Assembly (NCBI GenBank): GCA_013115125.1
Contig: JABANN010000284.1
Location: forward strand, 1 to 42,877
DNA length: 42,877 nt
From: Perkinsus olseni
Taxonomy: Eukaryota
Reading direction: 5' to 3'
How positions within the stretch are numbered: position 1 is the first letter of the stretch; every line of letters begins with the position of its first letter. The notes under the pieces are model-generated. The model was not told the DNA's origin. It ran no database searches and saw only the letters and a list, made by a program, of their open reading frames with translations. Shown piece by piece: positions 12,142-24,700 of this stretch. The position numbers were made by a program, and so were the translations under genes.

Positions 12142-15012
12142 TCACCAGAGACCGCCACGAGTGAAATCCAGGAATGCTTGCTGCATCCCGTCGGGCTTAT
12201 TGCGTATAAGTCTGTGGCTGCCACCTGTCACCTAGGTAGACACCATTAACAGCTACCCTCTCTCGTAGACGCTGTACCTCTATGAATGCCAACTTCCCTC
12301 CATTCGAGTACGTCAGAGCCCACAACTTTCCCAAGAGACCACCTCTATCATACTAAAGGATGGACCAGAATGATGCACGGAAGCAATAACCATCGACCAA
12401 GAAACTCCTGACTACCTCAAGGTCCACGGGCGTGACAGCCCCCAGCTTCTCGCCGTAGTCTTGAGCGCCCTTCAGCTTGAACAGCCACTCCTTCGTACCA
12501 TCCGCGCTCGTGAGGTAGTCTACATCACCATTAACGACCAGTACCTACGTCAGTGATACCCCGGTAAGTTACCGGCGGTAACTCTCAATCCTAGACCGCA
12601 GTAGCCAGCCATCAGCAGATAATGACTTGCTTCATTCAAGACCAATGAGAAACATCAAATCATCAAATCCATATGCGCAAAAATTTTGGGAAGTTCATTT
12701 TCTGTCGTTCATTCGTAGACGCCGAGATTATCAATATTATGATCATGTTCTATCCTCAAAGCGTCAACCTAATAACGATATCTTCGGACTTGTTCTCACT
12801 TTCAAACCGTGGTCGAGGAGCTTTGCTACATAGAAGGTTCCATCGTAGGCTACATACTTAAGGGAAGCATGAAAGACCTGAAAAGTCAACCGCCGCCTGT
12901 GCTATCAGTCTTCCGTAGAGCGGGCAACAGTAGTCACCTCATCATTTGTCGCTCTCCATTTCTTCGTGACACCGAGTTCCTGCTTGACGGATGGGTTATT
13001 GAGCAAATCACGCGCCTGAGGGTAGGGCACCGAGTACCGTAAGAATACTTTCCTTAGGTTACTGGTACAGGATCTGATGTCACTCTACTACATGCTACTC
13101 GCGACGAAACAATAATACACATTCCCAGCGAGAGTGTCGGAGCTTACTTTTCCTGGCCTGAAAGCGTAGTATTTGCACTCCTCTCCTGGACTCACGCGGA
13201 CGTCGTAACTGGAAGAGTTGGAATGATGACATCAAGCTCAGCTTGACAAGCTTTAAAGGAAGAGGTAATCGGGAAGTTTTCGACGCCGGAGAATTCGAGA
13301 GAACGGATTTCTTGGGCCGATCTCGGGAACACTCACTAGCTTATGTAGGCATCGTCTAGAGGTTTCTGAGTGACACGATCGCAGGTCCCCACGGCTCCCT
13401 CGCACCGATCTGATAGGCAAGCCTTTCCGAGGAGTTCTCAGGACGTCGACTTACCGGGTACAGGTGCTCCACCGGGACCGTTTGCATTGCACTTGGAGAC
13501 TTCCTCTTTGCACTTTTGCAAGTCGTCCTGCATCTTATCGAGTCTGAGGTAATTGTCGGTGAAAGGGCGCAGCGATCTACACCATTTTCCGATCAAGTAA
13601 AATATTCTCTCGATCGATTGATTTCGATAGCAAGTTATCGAGTGTCATGGGAATAAAAGAATTGTCAAAGCAACTTCGTTTGTCACCGAATTTAGATCCA
13701 TGTGCAAATTCGATTCATTCGAGCAATTTGCCATTCTATTTACATCGATTTTGACCCAATTTCGCTATCTGAATCATTCTCCAACTTCGGCAAGAGCCCC
13801 TGCTACTACAACCTCCTTCCTGCAACTCGAACACCTACTCTATTGTGTTTCCTCACTTTTCACGCTAAGCATGGAAAGTGAGATTTTATATGCGCGACGT
13901 GAGGTTTTTAAATTTAATAGAACTTAAAAAATCTTTTATTCGATCGGGAAATGGTGTAGGGCACGCACTCCTCTTGAGGAAGCAGTTTTCTGCCCGTGGC
14001 CAACTTGTAACATCCGTAGTATCTGGGACGATGATGAGCTTATTGACGCCAAGACAGCTAGATGGACCGTGTCCATTGGACACTCACATATCATAAGGTC
14101 CTACGATGCCAGAAAACAGCGTTACACCTTTGAGAGCGACGCTCGACCCCGGGGACTTCAGGATCCGCTCTGCCACCATGGCAGCGATCAGAGCTGCGGG
14201 ACACAAGGTGACAGCACTACGCAGACGAGTGCCTTGTAACGGCAGTCATACCAGACGACGAGGATCCCACCAGATGGACGTCCCTGTTGAGGTTAGGGTG
14301 CTTCTTGAGGACGCCATCGACGAAGGTCGCCCTGCGTGGCAGGGATGGAAGGCCCATCGCTCTTACTCAGAGGAATCTCCTCTTATTCAGAAGCTCTCAC
14401 ATATGCTCGATAGACTCTTCCAAGCTAGTCTCGACTGCTCCCTCACTAAAACCGGTTGGTCCAGGCGCGTCGACCCAGATGCCACTGTTATGTTTAGTCC
14501 ACGAGTATCTGCACAATAGTAGGGAGACCATGATCATGGTCTCCATGAGGGACTCGTAATGATTGCCTCACTCGTTAAGTATTATGCCTCTCCCATCCGG
14601 AGTCATTCTACACGGCCCGTTGGCCCCCATCAACGTACCGAGGCTGCTGCCACCAGGACCACCAGCCATGTAAATGAAAGTCCGCGGTGGAGCCGACGGA
14701 TCTGGTTCATCAGCTTCCATAGCAACGTAGAAGTACCTTCAAGCTGCACGAATTAGCATGAGTTGGCAGCAGAAATCATATACTTGTTCACTGGGCCGAC
14801 TTCGATATAACCAAACTCTTGTTCACCTTTGCCATAAAGGCACAATGTGCTACCGCTTAGCGAACGAGTCTGTGGACACGCCGGCGGACCACCTAAAGAT
14901 AGTCGATCCTGGCTCCAGCTCAGCATTTGAGTATCACACCTTTCCCCCTGAAAGAGCCACTGACAATGGTGGCTACTACTGAGGTATAAATTAATGATAG
15001 AGGAACGATCAT
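12142..15012 (-). CDS. Serine carboxypeptidase (peptidase S10), full-length, secreted, many exons
   Basis: Signal peptide MIVPLSLIYTSVVATIVSG, then FIYMAGGPGGSSL..NGPCR, NEYSWT, WVDAPGPTGFS, VHLVGSSSSA, VLVVNGDVDYLT and VTGGSH, with the stop at 12142-12144. Confidence 0.88.
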
Positions 15013-16020
15013 GGTGATCGGATGGCCAACCTCGGGCTAACCTTGATAGCAAAGTTAAGTTCGGACTCTGGAGGAGTTTAATAATAGCAACGACAGTCGC
15101 ATGAACTCAGAGAAGTACGTTTCACTCCCGCGTTCTTGATGGGACAGTCTGAGACTGTGACACTGAGTCAGTGACGCTAACCAACCAATACATGCTATTT
15201 GCGAGTAGATGACGGGGACAACTCATACTCCCACAGAAAAATAACAACTGCATGCTGCCATATTATGCTGTGAAGTAGCGATGCTATACGTCGTGGTACT
15301 CTACACTGGGAAAGCCATGCAACAACTCGGTACAATGTGGGGCACAAAAACAAGGTGCGCCTCCCCACTGGTGTCGGTTAGGTCGGCAGTACCTTACGAC
15401 GGCAGCGAGGGCAACGACTGAAAGAACTCGGTTAAAGAAGTGTGAGAGCATCGGGAGGACGATGCCCATCTGCTCAAATAGTTACCGAGTATTGGCGGAC
15501 TCAAGCGTGGTGCCCTTGCACTGACCTCCTAGCGTGGGAGGCGAAACTGGGACACGAGATGTCCCATTGTGCATACAACATACCGGTATCTCTTCGCACC
15601 GGTTTTGACCTTGTTAAACCGCTGGCTAGTCCTCTGAATAAAACCAGGACAGATCGGGTTAGAGGGATGATCATGTATACACCGTTAAGTATGAAACCAT
15701 TCAGAAGGAACCGCCGTGTCTATGATAGCACTATGTTATCCAATTGTTCAATATTTGGAACGCACACGCCCATGGATTAAGCTCATTGCCAATGAGTCAT
15801 TGGTCTTCGGAATGGTCTACTATCATGGGTTTCATAACCCGTTACATACTCTACGAAAGAAGGCTAACAACACAGTTCTCCGTAAATCTCCCGGGAAAAA
15901 CTGCCGAGAGCCTTCCCAGGAGATTTCCCGGGAACAGTCACTTGGAAGGGCATAGTTCCGATCCTTGAAATAATCACGAAGAATCATGCACGGCAGTTGA
16001 ATGCCCCCCTTTCGGCACCA

Positions 16021-19000
16021 ATGAGTCGTCCCTCACCGACACAGAGCGTCAGCAGTGAAGGACAGCCTCCTCGACGATCGTCGAACAATTCAGAAGGACT
16101 CGACTCTGACGATGATCTCCCGTTCTTCTGGTAAAGGCTGAATTGGTCTTTGGAAGAAGCACAGTAGGTGTACACAGGGTGGCCAAACGACGGGAACAGG
16201 AGCACTTCGAAGTCGACTTTCGGTGTTGGCGGCGTTTCACTCCACGGGACGAAGCGTCGCTGGAAGCAGCGTATCTAATTGGCAGTCAAGAGGCCATCCC
16301 TGTGGAGCAAGGGAGGTGTGACTGTTATCTCAATCCAGATATCTTTCTACTCGTTAGATACATGGTCAACCTCAAGACCATGACCTCACACAGTGTCTAT
16401 TGGGAAGAGCCCGTCTGGCCAGTGATGAGATCGTCTTGGTTTTGGCGTCCCAACTACAGCACTGACCTCGGGGTTGAACTCATCAGTAACAGTTGGTCCA
16501 ATGTGAGCCGATATCTCTCCCATCGTCTTTTGCTGACCATATTCCCTCACAGGACACTTCTCCTCCCACTCTGCCTCCATTACCTGTTGACCCTTACCTG
16601 TGCCCATTTGGGCCTTGCGACTGTGAGCTCCTGGAAGGTTAGTGCTTGCCATCATGTCAGTGCCATGTGTTGCTAGTGTTGCCAATTCCAATCTTAGGAG
16701 CTTTCGAAGAGCTTCGTAGAGAGTTGGACTCCGGCCCTATCGATTGTGAGCTCGAGGATACCCCTGAGCATTCGAGTGGGTCAACTTGAGAAGCACTCCT
16801 TGAGTGCTCCTAGCCCTGCAGAGTCGATAGTCCAATTCACCGTTACGGAGAAGAAGAAGTCTGCAAAACGGTCAACGACCCCTTCATCACTCCCCGAGCC
16901 TCTCACACTTGATGATTACGTCATTGAGCACGCACTGTATGACACCGCCAAGAGGCTGAGATTGCAAGTGGCTATTGGCACCTGTACGGTCGACAGATCA
17001 ATACACCTCGTCGTAGGTGTATCGCGGCTATCCGGTAGTGGAGGAGCCTCCGGCGGACGACGATATCCCAGAGGTCCCCTTCGCAGCCTTAGCCAGCCGC
17101 GCCTTCCATGCCCTCAGGACTCCCCCGTATGGCTGTGCTTTCTGATACATGGTATTGGGGAGATGCTGTACAACCGAGGGCACGTCCCAGAAATTGGAGC
17201 TCCAAGGTGAGGCCTCACCGAGCTAGGAGCTGCTGCCGTTTCGGCCGGCCTCAGATGCCGCTCACACTGTTGGCGATATCGTCAACTCTTCGGCGAGAAG
17301 CTCAAAGAAGATCTGAACGTCACGCAGGAGGGAGTTCCTGCTAGAATTGAGGTAGCTGGGTTGATCATTATGGCTCGCGACAAGGCCTCAGTTAATCCCC
17401 ATCGAGTGGGGCCTGAGCGTCCACGACTCGGCACTAGATGATCAGCTCGAGAGCATCACCCTTACATCATGCGGACGAGTGAGAGGTTGCTGTGCTGTCC
17501 GACCATACCACAGTTATGGTATGCAGGTACGCACCTTCGCCAATCTGGCCATCTCGGACGCTTTCTTGTACAGTCAACCAGCTCGGAGGGAAGGCATCCT
17601 TGACTATGTGGTCAAGAGCGTACCGCGAAAAGTTGAATCTCACGCCATCGGAATGGTCTCTGTCAGATGCGGCAGAAGTATCATCTGTTTTGCCAAAACA
17701 ATCCGACCTTCCATCCCGATGTACTTTCTGGCCGGAGCGCAGTCTGCATACTCGGGCACTCATTAGGTCCGCCTGTATCACTGAGCAGGACAGCATTACT
17801 TCGCTCGTCTATTGGTAGGCTCGGTTATAGGATTCGACCTCCTCGCCCGACAGCCACCACCAGAATCGGGGGAGGAGTCGAGTGCCCCTCGCAAAAGTAC
17901 GACGAATGGTTCCACCGGCCATACTCACGCTGGAGCTGCCGCATCGACCGACGACGATCTCAACGGTAGAGGCCCCGAATCTCCCAACGGACATGTAGAG
18001 GCCTCAAATCCTGTTGTAAGACCGGGGCCAATCTGAATTACTCGAGTAAACTACTCAGGTAAGTGACGACTTCCAACTGCCCTTCTGTCCACGAGTTCTC
18101 TTCCTCCTCGGCTCACCGCTCGGCCTCTTCCTCACCATCCGTAATGAACTTCTCCCTGGCGGAGCCCTGCCTACATGCCGCAGAGTATTCAACATATTCC
18201 ATCCCAATGATTGCGTGGCTTATCGCGTAGAACCACTCGTCGCTCCGGTGAGACGTGCGAGCCTAGTTAGGCGCATCATCTTCATAGTCTTCAGGAGCTC
18301 AGTGAGGTGCCTCCGATGTATATTCCACACCGAGGAGGCCACCGACTACACGTGGCGGTATCCTCTTCGCGCTGTGACTGGGAGAGTATCGCCTCTCTTC
18401 AGGTTAAACGTTTGCATTCTGACGTCGGATCAGCCTTCAGTAACGTTGGTAGCACTATCTCCAGGTGGTTTGCCGATCCAACACAAGAAAAGGTGAGGGA
18501 GCATACCCTTACTGGGCATTGGGTTCTACCGACGAAAGGCGTGAAGCAGTTTCAACGAAATGTTTGATGCAAGAGTCGTGGTGTTTTTTCTATCGTTTCG
18601 CCGCGAAACTTTCGCGCTATAACACTACTGTGGCACGCAACAACGTTTCTCACAATATAAGACTTGCCCATGGTCATAACGCGTTCCGACGTTTCATAGT
18701 CCAGCGAAACGCGTTCCTCAGTGAGATACTCCCACAACGAGCGCGATACATCACCAATTTGAACTATATTCACGCGTTACAACATAAGAGAAGTTCTCCG
18801 AGATCTTGGAATAATTCCGGCTGATGCTCGACGTGACGTCGGGCGGGGACGTTGGCCACGTCAATAACATAGGTGTCATGGAAACTCACTTCAGCTGATC
18901 TTCACCCCTCGTAAGACTGATAGCCGGAGCTGCCTTCGCTTCGGCCTCAGCTTTCGTTCGACCAGTAGCGGAGCCGTGGTCGGCCTGGTCCACCACCACG

Positions 19001-19575
19001 ATTTCTTGCGCAGCATGCGGCTTCTAAGGCTAAGATGGGAACCTGCCAATCGATACCGTCGTCACGTCGATACCGTCATCACAGACGCGCGTCCGAAGCT
19101 CAGACTGGTTGCTGACCAGTGATCAACGATCGAGGCCATGGATATAACGTCTGCGCCACAGATATAATAACGCGTCGCGTTAGTGTAATGCGTTGAACAC
19201 CACCGTTAAACGGTTACCGTTCCACGTAGCGCGGGTGGAACCTTACTGTATTCGCATTCAGGTGGCCGAGCAAGAACGGAAGAACAAAATCGAATGTGCT
19301 ATGAGGGATTCGATCCCCAATGTTAAACTCAACCAGGGTATACCTCCCACTGCAAGTGGTTCTAATCGCCACCTCCTCGTGCGTTGCCAGGCCGACGAAT
19401 CGACTGGGTCATCCAGGAGTCGGTCACTGAGGCAGCCTCAGAGCTGTGGTCGGCATTTGGATCACATTTTTCGTACTGGAGGCATGAAGATGTTATCTCT
19501 TTCATCGTAGACCAGCTCGTATGGTGTAGCGAGGATGATAAGCAGTGGCGCGATAAGAAGAATAGTTTCTTCTGA
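16021..19575 (+). CDS. DDHD-domain intracellular phospholipase A1 (SEC23IP/DDHD2-like)
   Basis: WWE-like N-terminus (WRRFTPRDEASLEAAY..GRYMVNL..VYWEE..VMRSSWF), FLIHGIG, lipase motif GHSLGSVIGFDLL, LFLLGSPLGLFLTIR, VFNIFHPNDCVAYRVEPLV and LNQGRRIDWVIQE..SHFSYWRHEDV. The start codon and exon-2 frame are ambiguous. Confidence 0.9.
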
Positions 19576-19599
19576 CGGTGAGTTCTTGTCGTGCTCAGT

Positions 19600-20482
19600 C
19601 TATCATTGCAGTCGAACGCCATTCTGGTGGTGGCTTTCATTCTCATAGTATGATCGAACTTATTTTCGGCAAGAGTTTTCCGGGTGAATCCGGGGTTCAA
19701 CTCGACAGCTTGCGGGTATTTCGGCGAGATTCTTCGAGGGTCTGTGCCGACGACCCCGTATAAACCTGCACTGTCAATATTCTTGAGAAGGTCAACATGG
19801 TCAGGGTCGCCACACAGATAAGGTCTGAGATATGGACGGAGAAATGGAGATATAGCCATCGAGGGTCGAGAACCCTAAGACCAGCATAAGAAGAATGCTG
19901 GAGAAGCGCACACATTGGTGTAGAAATGCCTTACTCTGTGCACTTGTACGTATCATAGCACTCAGTCTTGGCACAACTGACGAAGAAGGCTTCGGTGGCA
20001 CTCCATACTGGAGAGTGGTCGAAATTGTAACCGACAATATGCTCTTGTGTTCCAGATCGGGGAACTGAGATTGGTGGATCGAAGGCCGAAGTGGCAGTCC
20101 GCTAAGTCCGGGACCTCGGCCTCTACCTCGGCCATCCTGGACCCGTTGTGAGGTGAATAAAAGTTCGACTGGCGACTATGGTGAAGATGGCTCAGTGGAC
20201 ATGGGGATGGGAACCGGATCCTCATCCCGGTATTCGACACATCACAGGCTTCGGTGGAGGCATGCGGAGTGCCGTCAATGACGGCCCGTCATCATCATTT
20301 GTAACCTTGTAGGTAAATGCACGAGTCACACTCGTGTCTTCTTCCAGAAAGAATTCAGTCGTGAACCATGCCTCACCTGGCCTGCAGAAAATCTCATAAT
20401 CGCCTATGGCGTCGATCGGTGAGACCGTGAGAGTCAATAGAGCGACGAAGGACCCCAAGAAATGAGACATCCATGTAAACAT
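19600..20482 (-). CDS. Hypothetical secreted protein or pseudogene
   Basis: Signal-peptide-like start (MSHFLGSFVALLTLTVSPIDA) followed by protein-like segments in several frames. The exon chain and 3' end are not resolved. Confidence 0.35.
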
Positions 20483-20595
20483 CAACTAGCGAGAACAGGT
20501 CGAATGAAATAGCAGGGAGAACAAACGAACTTTCTGAACAAACGATGACCTCCCACGGATGGCGCATTTGCAACGTCAATTATCCACGCATTTTT

Positions 20596-21690
20596 TCATT
20601 CACCATAAGTTTTGTTAGCGAGTTCCTCGATGTTGTCATGTCGACGAAGCACTGCTGTGACCAATGTAAAGTTGGCCGGCTGAACGAGACATGCAAATCC
20701 GTGACGACTCGAAATAGCAGTGCTATTACCACACGCCGCGAGAACCGACAAGGTGACGAGCGATATCGCAACTGCCCAAGCCAATGGCCAACCGGCGGGT
20801 GATCCGTCGCGGGTGATGTCAGCAGCCTCCGATGTGCTTCCTCCACATTCAGGGAGCGGAAGGCTGCGTCGAATTCTCATTCTCCGTTCCTACAACCCTC
20901 ACACGGTACACCAGATGGCTGGATCCACCGCTAGCGGCTTGCTAACCCTGGCAGCAACATCACTGCAGCATGTCTCACCTCTTGTGACTGTCTCCCTTGC
21001 TAGCCTAGCTTACGTATTACTGTTATTACTGTAGTTATAACTCAAGAACCACTGTGAACGACTCTTGTTGAGTTATCTAATCTAACACGAGTGTCACCGA
21101 TTCTCAGCTGGAACACAACTCTCCCAGCCGGCTTTCATGCGTATGCGGCGATGATGATCAGGCTTGCTTTATACGTCATTGCTGGTTGAGACAGCATCTC
21201 GTTCGGCTACTTGGATATTAGCTTCATTATTCCGCACTATCTGCCTCCGAGGGCTCAGCCGCATCTGCGGAGATAACTGATTTTCTCAGTATTTTCGAAA
21301 TAGTATTTTGATCGATAGGCAACCCATTGATCTGCTCGGCATGAGCCGTGCTTCTCCGTGTCGGCTTCTCGACGACTGTGTGACGGGTGTCTTGACTTTA
21401 CAGCCACTCGGCACTCCGGTTAGTGTAAATATGTAAGCCATCTACAGAGTGTCTTCCGCCGCCTCATTCCCGACCGAGGCAGTCTAGAGCGATCGGCCCG
21501 CACGCAGCCGATTAGATAACAAGGATATCATTTTCTGGCCTCCTGAATAGATGAATATCCTGGGGGTCGAATTGGAATGATTCCTGTTTTCCATGCGAAT
21601 TGCAGCCTCATCGTTTGGCTAGTTTCTCGTCTCGGCCTGTGTATCATCCCTACCACATTAAAGCAAGTTTCTCATCGCATGCTCTCCTCG
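20596..21690 (-). CDS. Possible multi-exon hypothetical gene
   Basis: Several minus-strand GT..AG intron-like segments and a hydrophobic stretch (PLAWAVAISLVTLSVLAAC). No complete model could be built. Confidence 0.22.
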
Positions 21691-21774
21691 CGTTCGTCAA
21701 ATCGTGACAGCCTTCGTGTTCGAGTGGAGTAGGGGAGAGATGAAGCTCGCCGTCGAGCAGTCTCTCACTCACAA

Positions 21775-24700
21775 ATGGGACCTCCACCTCATCGCTGCCT
21801 TTCTTGCGGCGATTCGGTGGTCCGTACGCCCCGCAGCAGCGTATGCGTGCGTTGCTTCGCGCTCGACTGCGCCAACGGTGGTAGCCTGACGATTGGCTCC
21901 CTCGGGGATCTCATCAGTACCGGAGAGGCCCTGTGTGGATCCTTGAGGCCCGGCGTGGTCACAGAACAGATCCTCAAGGATATCCTACTAGCCGCTAACA
22001 ACATGGCGAAGGTTGATTACACCGTGTTGGATAAGGAACGGTCGAAAATGATATGCCGGAAAGTCGACAAGTTGAGCGACATCCTCGTGCGGATCAGCAG
22101 CATTCTGCTATCTGATCTCACCGCCGACGACTGCGAGATGCTTCTCAGAGAGTACGTCGTTGACGGCTCGGCCCTTCGACGGTTGGTTCTCGGTCTAGCT
22201 CATGAGTGGGGTTCGAAGGCCTCCACCCTGGTACCCTGGCTTCGAAGACTCTCCCTGCCGCCGAGCCCGTTACTCAGCGACTGCCTCTCGGGGCGGATGG
22301 ATGAGTATCTTCTGGAACTGCTGGATGTTATAATCGACGTCCACTCAGAAGAAAGTGGGGGTGCCGACTCCCTCTGGTTCGCCGACTTCGACCTGGCCCT
22401 CCGCCTGGTTGAAGCCCTCCCTTCAGCCAGAGACTCTGACGGCATCCCAGGCGCGTTGAAGCTCCTGGCGAGGTTGTCAAGAGAAGACTACTCGCTCGCA
22501 CGCTTGCTGAGCACGCCGGAGGGCTACGTCGCTCCGCCTGCCGACATCGATAATTTTCGAGATCGGCTTAGTACAGGGCTTACCTCGATCCTGGCCTCTG
22601 AGACTACAACGAAAGAGTGCATAATAAAGAGCCTCGAGTGCGCCTCGACGCTGCTGACTCCTCAGGAGCATCGTCCGACAAACTACAGAGCCCACCATAA
22701 GCCATGTGAATGGGCCGCTGAGCTCCTGTCATCATCGAACGACCCCGACGTTGTAGCAGCTGCAGGCACCTGCGTGTTGTCAATTCTGCGGGCAGATCCT
22801 GTCCTGGCGACCAGCCTGAAGGGTTGCATATGCCCGGCTGCCTTGGCACGTCTCGCGAAGGAAACAAGTCAGTGCCCCTCGATTCTCGCATCGCTTGCGG
22901 AAGTCGTCTTGTTGACATGTGAACAACAACCCCACTGTCTTCCCGACATGGTGCGTGCTGGTGTCGCCCTGGCACGAGTGGGTGACCTGCCGAGGAGCCA
23001 CGGCATCCTTCAGAAGGCAGCTAACTACAGTAGCTGCCTTAGACCTGGTCAATCAATAGAGTTGCTCAACGCCGTGATGGACTCGCTCCGTAGCGGCATC
23101 ATCGACATCTCCATCCTCATCCCCTGCCTAGAGGCCGCCATTGCCCTTCAGCCGTCTCTCCCCCCCGAGGGAGGGGCAAGGATGGTTCACCCCCTGCTCG
23201 AGGCTTCGGCTAAGAGCCGCTCCGTGAGCGAGGGGGTCGCAGTCTGCGCTAAACTTGCCGACCAGCTACACGAGGCTGCGGAACTACCCAGCATTCGCGA
23301 GCTCTTTATGGGCTCCTCGGAACTACGACTCGCCATTCTGAGTGTTGATGGTGGTGGCAAGCTCGCTAGGTCGGTCCTTGATGGCACTCTGCCAACGCCT
23401 CTCTTGCCCTCATCAACCTCCGTAAAGGGTTTGTCCTGCCCTCCCACCGCCATACAGTGGCAGTTGGCCTTGACCATGTCACCCCAGTTGGATAGTACCA
23501 GAGCCGTGTGTCTGCTTGCGTGGCTGTTCTTCGAGGTTTATGCATGTGGTGGTGACGTCGAGCTCCCGCTGACTGCCACTACAAACCTGAATGCCTGTGA
23601 CGTGGACTTCAACCTCGGCCTCTTACTCGCGGCCCTTCACGCATCAGTCGGGCACTCAGCATCGCGAGCATCCCTCATCGAGTTGCTGTCTATGGCGAGC
23701 CCCTCGTGGGAAGTGGAAGACTGCACTCTGCATGCCCCAGAGGTCATCGCTACCATTATCAGCTTCTTGGCCGCTGATGTTGAGACTGCTGGCCCTCTCG
23801 CTTGCCGAAGGCTTTTAGCGGTCGTCTCCGCGCTGGTCAGCAAGAGGCCACAGCTCGGCCGAGATCATCGTATCATTGAAGTCGCCTCTCAATGCCTCAA
23901 TCGGGCCGGGCAATCGCTTGAAGAAGACCGACTATTAGCACATTCCATGAGACAGCTGGTGGCAGCCGTCCCGACGGCGAGCTTAGATTTGTGTGTCCAA
24001 GGTCCTTTCATCATCAAAGCCCTCTCCTCTGTTGGACTCTCCTCTCTCCCCTTCGACGTCACAGTTTGCGAGGATCTTCTCTTTCTGCTCAGCCATTGCC
24101 TCGAGGGCAGCTGCTCCGATGCGCCTCAAAGTCGAATCATGGCGTCAATGCTGCGGTCCTGCGTTCACGATCTCGCGAGGTCCCTGAGCTTAGCGAACGA
24201 TGAGGTGTTGAGCCCTGCAGCTCCTCTGCTGTTGAGGCTGTGCACTCAAGCCTCCCTACACAGCCGTGCCGAACCCGACCCGTATGTGATGGCGCTGGCC
24301 GAGCGATCTGAGTCGGGGGTCTGCGGCGTCTCCTATTTGCTATCAGTTTCTGCACTCCCCTCTGCCTCTGCATTCTCTGTTGTCCCTCCAACGGTGGGCA
24401 TTGAGCGAGCTCAATGGTTTCTACAGTGGGTTCGACTCCTCTTAGCGGTCAACTCGGCCAGTCGAGTCGATTCTGACCTCATCCAGTCGCTACTAGTCCC
24501 TGTCTGCGAGACGGTCGTCGTAGCTATAGAACAGGTGCCCTGCCCAGTTGACGTGCTGGTCAGTGCCACTGCCCTCTGGGTGACCCTCCGTTCCTTCTCT
24601 GAACAAGCTCTGGACTCCCTCTCTCAGGAGCCCGCCTTGAGCGCCATTGCCTCTAGTGGTGACTGCTCCCAAGTCGCCTTGTTAGTGTTGATTCTCTCTA

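Noticed and set aside
14106-14519. 137-aa plus-strand ORF and neighbours
   Set aside because: Antisense to well-supported S10 carboxypeptidase exons.
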